Shown here piece after piece: positions 51,829-61,214 of a stretch of 64,000 nucleotides of DNA. Every line of letters begins with the position of its first letter. The first letter of the stretch is position 1. This DNA is from Podarcis filfolensis (taxonomy: Eukaryota), in NCBI GenBank assembly GCA_964270895.1, contig OZ185443.1; one strand, given 5' to 3'. Below the pieces are notes generated by a model. The model searched no databases, was not told the DNA's origin, and saw only the letters and a program-made list of their open reading frames with translations. The position numbers and the translations under genes were made by a program.

Positions 51829-52181
51829 CATCATCAACCTTTATTACGGTCCAGAGACCCAACAAATCGTCACAAAGCAATACACAATTCATACAGCCTA
51901 CCTCCAGGTTAAACAAGCATTTCGTTCAGAATATAGGGATCATTGGTTCTTGTAACCACTGATAAAAACTTGGCCACTGCTAATGTTCTAGCATTTGTCC
52001 GCTCTTCCAATAGGAACCTGATATAGTGAGCCTCTGATTTTCCCGGGAAAGGTACCAGCAAGGGTAATATCAGTTCAGCCCTGGTTTGCTCATATTTTGC
52101 ACAGTGCAACAAAATACGTTCTATGGAATCGATGTCTTGAGCACACGAGCAAAGTCTGTCCTGGTAGGGAACTCCTCTCAA
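51829..52181 (-). mobile_element. LINE 3' fragment with C-terminal CCHC-like knuckle (clade uncertain, RTE-X-like)
   Basis: RGVPYQDRLCSCAQDIDSIERILLHC...LLEERTNARTLAVAKFL. AATAAA plus (TGA)n tail on the minus strand. 8-bp TSD CCAAAAAT (51821-51828 and 52182-52189). Confidence 0.72.
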
Positions 52182-52427
52182 CCAAAAATGCTGATTACCA
52201 GGCAGCACTCAGCTGTGTACATCACCTAAGGTCATAAGAAACTCACTTTTAGCTCACAGCATTCATTTTGGTCCCTAACAGAGGAGTCCTAATGCAGCAA
52301 AGGTTTGGGTGTGAGCCCCACCGGTGAAAGTACATGTCTAGGAATTCACCCACCACACTCTCTCCTTTTCTGGCAGCCATTGCAGCCCCCATGGGGATAC
52401 AGCTAAAAATGGTATCACCATGGTTAT

Positions 52428-52536
52428 CAACATCACCAGGTATCTGAAGAAGTGTGCATGCACACGAAAGCTCATACCAATAACAAACTTAGTTGGTCTT
52501 TAAGGTGCTACTGGAAGGAATTTTTTTGTTTTGTTT
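52428..52536 (+). mobile_element. Penelope-like element terminal (pseudo-LTR) fragment
   Basis: CTGAAGAAGTGTGCATGCACACGAAAGCTCATACC...TTAGTTGGTCTTTAAGGTGCTACTGG matches, from memory, the terminal repeat of reptile Penelope-like elements. Confidence 0.7.
52439..52478 (+). ncRNA. Minimal type I hammerhead ribozyme motif
   Basis: GGTAT-CTGAAGA-A-GTGTG(CATG)CACAC-GAAA-GC-TC/ATACC contains stem I, the CUGANGA box, stem II, the GAAA box, a palindromic AGCT stem III and a CUC cleavage triplet. Confidence 0.7.
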
Positions 52537-52977
52537 CTTCCTCATAATGTTTAGAAATCCTCAATCACTTTGTGAGTTCCTCCATCTCAGTTACTGTCAG
52601 CCAACAAAGAGGAGCAGGGTTAGGGAAAGTTGCAATATGTTGACCATGAGTAATGATGGGCATTGTTTGAGGAGTTGCACATCTACTGGCAGTTGTCCAT
52701 GTGGCTGGTTTCATTGCATGCATGTTCATTACTTGACTGCAATATCAAGTGACGACATGCCTGGGGGACGGGTCCTCACAGATCTAACCCCACACACTGA
52801 ACTTTCATTCCTTCCTTCTCAACACTTTTAATGTAGCGCTTTTCACACAAAGTTTGCACACTCAGCCACTAACCTTTGACTGCTTAACACTCAAGTGTAC
52901 AGGAAACCCAAGTTCCCGCCAATTACCCTTGGCACATCCAACGCACACTCTGAGAACAGCTGGTGTATTCAGTAACT

Positions 52978-53212
52978 TCTAAAATGTCTGCAAGGTAGGG
53001 TACAGCCACCTTTACATGCCCCAGGGACATTCAAAGCACTCAGCCTTCCAGAAGTCCACTGAAGCTTCATAGTTATCATGGCACCAGTTACAAAGTGTAG
53101 TTGTTGAACCAGCATTTAGGTATGGGGGAGTCTACTGTGTTTTGCCTGATTAAAAAAAAATTTTTTTTTTTTTTTGCTTAGTTAAGAATGGCTTTCTCGG
53201 AGACACTACCTT
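52978..53212 (+). repeat. Direct repeat copy A (duplicate of 53439-53648)
   Basis: TCTAAAATGTCTGCA...CTCGGAGACACTACCTT aligns end to end with 53439-53648, with about 10 substitutions and small indels. Confidence 0.95.
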
Positions 53213-53348
53213 TAGGCATAGGCAACCTTCGGCCCTCCAGATGTTTTGGACTACAATTCCCATCATCCCTGACAACTGGTCCTGTTAGCTAGGAAACATG
53301 GGAGTTGTAAGCCAAAACATCTGGAGGGCCGAAGGTTGCCTATGCCTA
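53213..53348. mobile_element. hAT-type palindromic MITE (family of 7164)
   Basis: TAGGCATAGGCAACCTTCGGCCCTCCAGATGTTTTGG ... CCAAAACATCTGGAGGGCCGAAGGTTGCCTATGCCTA. A second right-end fragment lies at 53395-53437. Confidence 0.9.
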
Positions 53349-53438
53349 AAGGTAGGGTCTCTGAGAAAGCCATTCTTAACCAAGAAAAAACATCTGTAGA
53401 CCAAAACATCTGGAGGGCCGAAGGTTGCCTATGCCTGC

Positions 53439-53648
53439 TCTAAAATGTCTGCAGGTAGGGTACATGCCCCAGGGACATTCAAAGCACTCAGCCTACCAGA
53501 AGTTCACTGAAGCTTCATAGTTATCAAGGCATCAGTTACGAACTGTAGTTGTTGAACCAGCATTTAGGTATGGGGGAGTCTACTGTGTTTTGCCTGATGT
53601 TTTTTGTTTTGCTTGGTTAAGAATGGCTTTCTCGGAGACCCTACCTTT
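53439..53648 (+). repeat. Direct repeat copy A' abutting the PCDH7 3' splice site region
   Basis: Aligns with 52978-53212 and ends 31 nt before the exon. Confidence 0.95.
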
Positions 53649-53650
53649 CA

Positions 53651-53679
53651 AGTGACATTCAGAATCTTTTCTTTTGCAG
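53651..53679 (+). promoter_or_regulatory. PCDH7: 3' splice site (candidate branch point GTGAC, pyrimidine tract, CAG)
   Basis: AGTGACATTCAGAATCTTTTCTTTTGCAG lies directly before the codons for PFRRVTF. Confidence 0.85.
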
Positions 53680-53872
53680 CCATTTCGTAGAGTGACGTTT
53701 TCAGTTGTGAGTCAGCCTCAGGACCCACATCAAGGGTCATTGCAGAGTTGCTATGACAGCGGTCTGGAGGAGTCAGAAACACCAAGCAGTAAGAGTTCTT
53801 CAGGGCCGCGGCTGGGTGCCCTTCCACTCCCAGAGGACAACTACGAAAGGACTACGCCGGATGGCAGTGTTG
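53680..53872 (+). CDS. PCDH7: PCDH7 exon, short-donor form (lacks GEAEHMEN)
   Basis: Internal donor TTG|GTGAGG 24 nt upstream keeps phase 1 (193 nt). It would give ...GSV-D..., as in a recalled mammalian long isoform. Confidence 0.7.
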
Positions 53873-53896
53873 GTGAGGCAGAGCATATGGAAAATG
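53680..53896 (+). CDS. PCDH7: Protocadherin-7 internal coding exon (cytoplasmic tail with RRVTF PP1-binding motif), long-donor form
   Basis: Translates as PFRRVTFSVVSQPQDPHQGSLQSCYDSGLEESETPSSKSSSGPRLGALPLPEDNYERTTPDGSVGEAEHMEN, matching the PCDH7 tail as I recall it and distinct from PCDH1 (HRRVTFSATSQ). The exon is 217 nt, phase 0 to phase 1, bounded by CAG| and G|GTAGGG. Confidence 0.95.
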
Positions 53897-55796
53897 GTAG
53901 GGGCATACACAACACCCCACACAACACATGCTCGATTTACACTAGTGAGTCCAACATGAAGTAGATTTGTCAAGAGGTCAGTGGGAGGAATCATCATCAT
54001 CATAATGCAAAGGTGATGAAGCATAAATTTAGGGCTGGATCCAGCCAAATTTTAGGCACTTTTAAGGCCCATTTCAATGGGATGATATGTAAACATTGGC
54101 ACTGAACCTTTAACGGAAATCACTGGGACGTGAATGTGCTTAAGTTTTGATTGGATCATGCTCCTAATATTGACCCGACAAGGTTGATTAAGATGGGGGA
54201 GGGGAGAGAAACATGCAAATATAAAGCATATTTAAACAGTATTAATGACACAGTTAAATAAATACATCTAAAAATATCAGCACATAGCCGATGAAACCTA
54301 TTTAAATTCTTATTTTTTTAAAATAATATGTAGACATAATTTCTTTTTAGTTGTGCGCCTTTTATTATTATCCAGGAACTGTATATGTTCAGCATTAGCT
54401 AGTAGAAAATAGAAATTCAACTTTCCTTTTAGATTGTTGTCTCTTCCCTGCTTGCATGCACAGGGTTTTCAAAATATAGTGTATGTTGCTTACTTCCTAC
54501 ATTCTGCTCATAGCAAGGGGCGGAGGCTGCAGCATTGGGAGGTGGGAATTGTAAGAAAGGCTGCGATACAAAGGAGTGTGTGTGTTTGTGTGTGTGGCCA
54601 TATATTGTTGTCCGCTATGGAAGGCAAAGTACCAAAAACATCAACTCTTCCATGGCAAACAATATTGAATCTTCGGCTCCATTTCTGTGCTTACTCACCG
54701 GTTAATAGCTGGTGGCTGGAGATAGCAATGAGAGCAACTTGCTTAGTCTCCCTTTTGTATCAGAATTTTTGATTTCCATTTTTTCCATAATGGTATTCTG
54801 TAATCCCAAATTCCAACAGAGGGACAGATTATTAAAAGAAGAAAAAGTTGTGTGGGTTTATTGTTACCAAGGGTAAAAAAATATTTCAATGTGTTTGCAG
54901 CAATGTATTTAGTTTCCACACTACTAAATGACTTCAGTATTTCCCCCCAGAATGTTTCATTATTGGTGTGTAGTATGAAGAAAATAGCAATATAATAGCA
55001 ACAGTTCCCAGTTATTTTTTTTCAGTGTGTCTTGAATAGGTCTTAACAATCCATTGTCCCATGCTTTTATTTGCCTAGATCTGAAATCTTTTGAAGTCAA
55101 TTATATTGATTTCATAGTTCTACCCACAGAGTAGGTTATTGAAGACCAGAGTACAAGCTAATGGTACCATGTGAAACAATGCATGTCTAGATGACATTTG
55201 TATAGATGTAAGAGCATGAGTGGAATGGTGTATCAGATTTGTTTGGAACCATATATATGACGGAATCACTGATTCCGTCAAAGTATTTGTTTTACTTTCC
55301 TTTGGAGATTTTATATCAGCAAATAATTAATTGTTCTCATGGTTTTGTTTCCCTTAAAATAGAAATATCAAGACAACAAAAGCAGAACATTTTCTGTGAT
55401 TCGGGGGGAGGTTTTTTCCATTATACTTCTGAAAAAAGTATAATAATAATATATATAAGTATAAGCATTAGGGACACCACATAACTTTGCAGGTTCTGAT
55501 TGCGCCATTTGTTTTACAAAGAGTCGAGCACCGAGGTGCCATTTTTTCAAGGACGGAACAAAGATGATTTTGTTGTGGTGCTAAAGAGAAACAGCCATGT
55601 TTGAAGGCCTCCCATTAAACTGAAAATTAAATTGATACATGTTGTATTTCAAGAACATTTGTTGCAGTTACCTTTTCACCGCACAAATATGGAGGAAATC
55701 AGGAGTGAAAAAATTGGTTTATACCAAGTAACACCATTGGAACATACAGCCCATTGAGGTCAACGTTGACTCACAGTGGCTTGCCAGAATTTTAGT

Positions 55797-55891
55797 GAGG
55801 GAACATTTCCAGCCATATCTGAAGATGCCAGGAACTGAACCTGGGATTGTCTGCATTTAAAGAAATATGTTTCCACTGAGCTGTGCCCCTT
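55797..55891 (-). mobile_element. Decayed tRNA-derived SINE
   Basis: The reverse strand has AAGGGGCACAGCTCAGTGGAA (A box) and CCCAGGTTCAGTTCCTGGCATCT (B box). Confidence 0.5.
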
Positions 55892-56013
55892 CCCCAAGAT
55901 CCTCTTCTTCTTTCTTTTTATCTCTCATAGCTTTTCTCTTCTTTTTTTAAGTAAGAGTTTAGTGCATTTGGCTGTAGTCTGATCTTGACCTTGCTTCTGA
56001 CAGGTCACCATAT

Positions 56014-56475
56014 AATCAGAATCAGAAGAATCTTTATTTGCACCAGCCACTAGCCATGGCAATAAAATAAAATAAAATGTACTGAAGATAGAGGTAAAAG
56101 CTTAACTATAGAAAATACATTTTGGGGGTTTACATCAATAATCAAATAATAGATTTTATTCGAATTGCCCCCGCTAAAACCCTTGCAGTTTTTGCTGTTG
56201 CTTGATCATCTTGTTCTGCTAAAAGAAATGACATAGTAGCAATGGTTGAGTGACTTGGCATGGACAATAATAGAAGGGTAATGACCTCACTCCTCAAATC
56301 TTTATAAAGAGTGCAAGCCAGAAGCACACGAGCCACTGCCCTCTCCACAGGAACAAAACCATTTTTCCAGTGGAGTTTTTTGAAATCGACCCTCAAGTAC
56401 AGCCAAAGGTAGCATATTCAATCTTGTGAAAGGGAAAGCGCGTCTGCATTTTGGAATTGTTAAATTTTGCAAATT
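56014..56475 (-). mobile_element. LINE 3' fragment with C-terminal cysteine knuckle (RTE-X-like, clade uncertain)
   Basis: NLTIPKCRRAF...LEGRFQKTPLEKWFCSCGEG and VLLACTLYKDLRSEVITLLL...FLLAEQDDQATAKTARVL (frameshifted). AATAAAG plus (ATTCTG)n-like tail. Confidence 0.72.
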
Positions 56476-56808
56476 GGGTGCCAGAGTGTCAAAATGACTA
56501 GGTGGAAAATAATCATACCATGGACAAAATTTCTTTGGTCTGACATGAGACAAGTAATGCAGTGGTCACAAGGGCCAGAGACCAGTGATGTGATTCTGAA
56601 TGAGATGGAATTCAGATACTGGATCAGGCAGGCAGGAACTGATGGCCAGAGCAGAAGATGTAGTCACAAAGCAGCTGGAAGCCAGATATGGGTCTAGTGT
56701 CATGTGATGTGATCAGTTGCTCAGTTTTATTGACTGGCATAAAACAAAGGTCTGCATAAGGCCTGGTGCCTCTCCATTGGTTTGGGAGATCAGCACTCAG
56801 CCTAGAAG

Positions 56809-56940
56809 CAGTGGTGGAGATTCATGCTCTGTAGGGGCATGGTGCCCAGTGCAGGCGGGGGGCAGCTGCGATGGCACCCCGCCGGGATCTTGCTGCCAGG
56901 GGCCGTGCACTCCCCCCGCACACCTCTTCCTCCGCCAGTG
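56809..56940. mobile_element. GC-rich hAT-type MITE
   Basis: Ends CAGTGGTGGAG and CTCCGCCAGTG. TSD CCTAGAAG/CCTAGATT. Confidence 0.7.
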
Positions 56941-58129
56941 CCTAGATTAGGTGTCATTGTCTATAGAATCTGGCTGATGGCTTAGAATGCTGGTGGCCCA
57001 GGAGTTAAGGCACCAAAGGCTGGTCACTGGAGGCCTTGGCTTAACACTTCCTTTCTGTGTCTTATACTTATTGCATGCTCAGATGGAAATATGTCCTGCT
57101 GAACTCCTTGAGAGTTACTTCTGGTAAGTGCACACAGAATTGCAGCCTTAGTGGTTGCAACAGTGGTCACTCAGTGTGTAGAACTAGTGAACTAGACACA
57201 GATATACATGATCTCAATGCTCCGAAATGCACGGAAGCTGCGTTGATTCCTGCTCTCCTTAGATGTTACCAGCAGTAGAGCTTGTGATGGCACCTAGCTA
57301 GTTTTTAAGGCTTTGGGCTATGAGATTAATTGGTTTGCAAAGTCATTGTTGCAAAGTTTAATGTTAAACCCAAACCAAGCAAAGAGGTAGTGCTAGAACT
57401 ATTGCTTCAAGACATTTTTATTATTATTTTTTACACAAAGAGCAGTGGTTAGAGAAATAATAATAATTATTGAAAATAATAGTAGTGCAGCAGAAATGCT
57501 ACATCATGCTCTGGCTTTTATACCTGAAGGAAGGGGTATTTTAAAGGCTGGGAGTATACCAGTATCCACAATTTTATGCTCTCCCAACATGAAAATGGCA
57601 CATTTGTCCCAAACTGACAGTAGGGTTATAAATGCTGTTGTTGGTCCACAGAAAGGCAGCAACAGGATGTGCAAGCTGTTTTGCTGTTAAAATGATTGCA
57701 GATGAAGAAAAGAGCAACAATGATTTAGATCTGCGTTATATTGGTTAGATCCGTTTTTGAGCAAGGAACATAATATGCAGAGTATAATTGCAATTAAGTT
57801 CACTGAAGATAATGATGATTATAATACACATGGTAAACAGGAGTGGGGAAATGGGGCTGGTCTGAGCATAGTTGCAAACCTGGCAATCGGCTAGAATGCA
57901 AAAATCCCAGAGAACCTATCCCAGCTATTGAAAATGTACTGGAGAGAAAGAGAGCCAACCTCTGTGCATTAGTAGTTAGAGACAGTCTAGGAGCTGATCA
58001 GTTGTGTGATCAACCTCAGCTGCTAAAGAATCTTCTGTTATACACCAGTGGCCCAGGCCATAGAAAGGTAGCATGAAGATATTCCGAACAAAATTAGCTT
58101 GATGTCTAATTTAGCCTCCACTTCAGCAC

Positions 58130-58376
58130 NNNNNNNNNNNNNNNNNNNNNNNNNNNNNNNNNNNNNNNNNNNNNNNNNNNNNNNNNNNNNNNNNNNNNNN
58201 NNNNNNNNNNNNNNNNNNNNNNNNNNNNNNNNNNNNNNNNNNNNNNNNNNNNNNNNNNNNNNNNNNNNNNNNNNNNNNNNNNNNNNNNNNNNNNNNNNNN
58301 NNNNNNNNNNNNNNNNNNNNNNNNNNNNNNNNNNNNNNNNNNNNNNNNNNNNNNNNNNNNNNNNNNNNNNNNNNNN
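58130..58376. other. Assembly gap (247 N)
   Basis: Run of N seen directly. Confidence 0.99.
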
Positions 58377-60530
58377 ATCTTCTCTTTCTTATGGTTTGAC
58401 TCTTTGTTTCAAATTGCTAGGCAATGAATAAATTAATATGTAGCAGCTTTCCATTTTGGTAAACAGCTCGAGGTACATGTTTATGTATTTCATTTGCGTC
58501 ATTGCAGAGGCCGTTTTGTTTCATATATATTTTTTTTTAACAGAAGCAATATTCATGTAGGAAAATGCCATGTGTGGAATGGCATAAAGTGTTTGGATTA
58601 GGAGGGTTTTAAAAAAATATAAAATAAAACAAATCTCACAATTCAACAAGTCTTTTCCACCTATGCAATCAATATGTATCCACATAACAATGCACACCCA
58701 AGCCCCGTTCATCTTGATGGATGCTTTCCTTAATGGAGATGGAGACACATCTCCTCATTGGGATCACTAGTGATGCACAGCTGAAGTGAGGGCAAGAGGA
58801 GCTTCCCTGTAGGTATGAAAGATTAACTTGAGCCCTCCAGAAAGTGGGTGACATTGTGATGAAAACTATGCCATACCAAACGGTTCTTCTGCTGTCACTG
58901 TCTAGACTTGACTTTTCAGTAGCGGCATGTCATCTGCCTCCAGTAACTCTTGTTGGCACTCGCCTGTAGGTAATGACAGAACAAGAGGCAATGCACTTTT
59001 GCTAGTCTGTAAATGTTACATTTGACATTTGAGTGAGGTCCCCCCCCCTCCCGATTTTTCCCCACGCTTCAATTCCAGCTTTTAACCCTGCCCCATCAGC
59101 TTCTGGAGTAGATCTGTACTGCATACATTCTACATAGTTTCATCTCTTGTGTTTAATGGATTATTCTGACATCAAAAGCATGGGATCTGAAACTTGTCAG
59201 CCATTCATTTGTCCCATTTAATTGGAACCTAGGTGATCTGTAGCTGCTCTGGGGTAGCATCTTGCATGACTCGCTTTTAATCAGGGACTGCACTGAGTGT
59301 TTCATTCAGCTTCCTTACCTTCTCCCCCGTGGAATCTACCTTTCTTTTTCTTTTTCTTTTTCTTTTCTTAAGAAACCCTGTCTGCACTCCTAATAGTTAT
59401 GACTCCAGATATTCACAGCTTTCCTTCAACCACTGTTCCATGGCTTTTTCTTAATGATTGATATGGATGCATTTAAACTAGATTTTAGATCATTTCCCGT
59501 GCAATAAGCTAAAGCTGTCTCATTCCCCCCACTGCATTTTCAGTGCAAGCTGTGCATAAAATTGAAAACAAGGTCCTTTTTCCATGTCACTAAGGGGAGG
59601 TCCTTGAGCTCCTTAAAATGGGGATGTCATTATCACAAAGCTGGTTCACAGCGTACTCACCAGATTCATTTGATGAGGACTCCAATGTCCAGACCCACTA
59701 AACACTTGCAAGAAAACACAATTGGATGTTAACCTGGGCCATTGAAATGGAAGTTGCCATGAACACCAAAAAGCACAACATCTAGAAAAATTCAGATTTT
59801 TAAAAGCTTTTTCTTCTTCTTCAAATTTTTGCATGCATGCTACATTAGAGACTTGAGTCAACAAAGAAACCGATTGTAGGTTTATGGCACTTTTTTGAAG
59901 TGCATGGGAACTTCACAAGAGCTCTACTGTGCTCAGGCTCAACTCCCATTCTTTCAAAGGTGGTTGTGCATGAGAACATCTTGCTAGATTGTATCCATTG
60001 CTTCTGTATAACTTCAGAAACATCACAGCTAGGGAGCAGGGGAAAATTTATCATCTCATCATGAATGTGCAGCAGTCTGACCAGACCTGGTTATTCCCAA
60101 ATTTTGAAGATTTAATAGTAACTTCTTCATATCTCTCCTATCCTCTGACGTGTCTCTGCCTTCTATATAGGAATCTCATTCTATATATTCAGCAGAATCA
60201 AGTGGCTCAGCCATCTTGGGACTGCACAGAATACATGTGGAATAATACTCCTTACTTTCACACACATCTAAGAAAAACCTTCCTGCACAAAAAACACTTT
60301 AGGGAGAAGGCTTGCTTAGAATATTTCTCCTCTAGCTTTCCATGGGTCTTCAAGTAATGAAGTCCAACATTTATTTGACAATGGTAAAGTCCCAGGACAC
60401 TGTACAATGTGAATCTCCTGAATGCACAAATCCCTTGCTTGTTTGGTCTTGTTCAATGAGTGCACCTAAGACTAGCCATTACTTTTAACATAAACATATG
60501 CACTTTTAAACATTACCATATGCATCAGGA

Positions 60531-60695
60531 GAAGGGGACGACAGAGGACGAGATGGTTGGACAGTGTTCTTGAAGCTACAAACATGAGTCTGACCAAACT
60601 GCGGGAGACAGTGGAAGACAGAAGTGCCTGGCATGCTCTGGTCCATGGGGTCACGAAGAGTTGGACACGACTAAACGACTAAACAACAACAACAA
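60531..60695 (+). mobile_element. Short BovB 3' fragment
   Basis: Colinear with 32240-32397, with an (AAC)n tail. Perfect 13-bp TSD ATATGCATCAGGA (60518-60530 and 60696-60708). Confidence 0.92.
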
Positions 60696-60921
60696 ATATG
60701 CATCAGGATGAAGATGTTTAAATGATGTGTAGCGATACCTGTCCCATGAGACTATGCTTACTGTTCCTTTAAATTGTCCAACATCATTGGGTAAATATTA
60801 GTTATATCACACAATAGGAGTCATAGGGTGGCACCTCTGTCTAAAATTAGTCATGAACATACCCTCTAACATTTCTCTGATGAATCTTGTGATGTCCTGT
60901 TCAGTAACACAACAACAACAA

Positions 60922-61045
60922 TTTTATTATTGACACCCCACCCATCTGACTGGGTTGCCCCAGCCACTCTGAGCTGGTCCAACATATATAAAAAACATAA
61001 TAAAACATTAAGCATAAAAAATTCCCTTCAACTGCCTTCTAAAGG
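60922..61045 (-). mobile_element. L2-clade 3' UTR fragment
   Basis: CCCATCTGACTGGGTTGCCCCAGCCACTCTG is the reverse complement of the 3' end seen at 30745-30780. Confidence 0.7.
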
Positions 61046-61088
61046 TTTTATAGTTACTTATCTCCGTTACTCCAGGGTAGCATAACGC

Positions 61089-61214
61089 CATACCCTCCAA
61101 CATTTCTCCAATGACAATCGGGACGTCCTACGGAAAAGCGTCACATTCTGGGGTTAAATCAGAAACCAGGACAGCTTCTGTAAATCTGGGACTGTCCCTG
61201 GAAAATAGGGTCTG
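61089..61214. mobile_element. Probable small DNA-transposon remnant
   Basis: CATACCCTCC...AGGGTCTG ends; a second left-end-like copy lies near 60858. No convincing TSD. Confidence 0.4.

Larger units (their letters stand above)
1..53679 (+). other. PCDH7: PCDH7 intron upstream of the RRVTF exon (runs off the window's left edge)
   Basis: No other PCDH7 exon was recognised upstream, and the region ends in a polypyrimidine tract plus AG. The intron assignment is inferred from the exon and the known very long introns of delta-1 protocadherins. Confidence 0.75.

Noticed and set aside
1-53679. PCDH7 cadherin-repeat exon or short-isoform terminal exon (MRLHPYITVFG)
   Set aside because: No cadherin motifs or matching peptide were seen; presumably upstream of the window.
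53897-53964. Read-through of the PCDH7 exon frame (GRGIHNTPHN...NMK*)
   Set aside because: It follows a canonical donor and has no recognisable similarity. It was treated as intron in the absence of transcript data.
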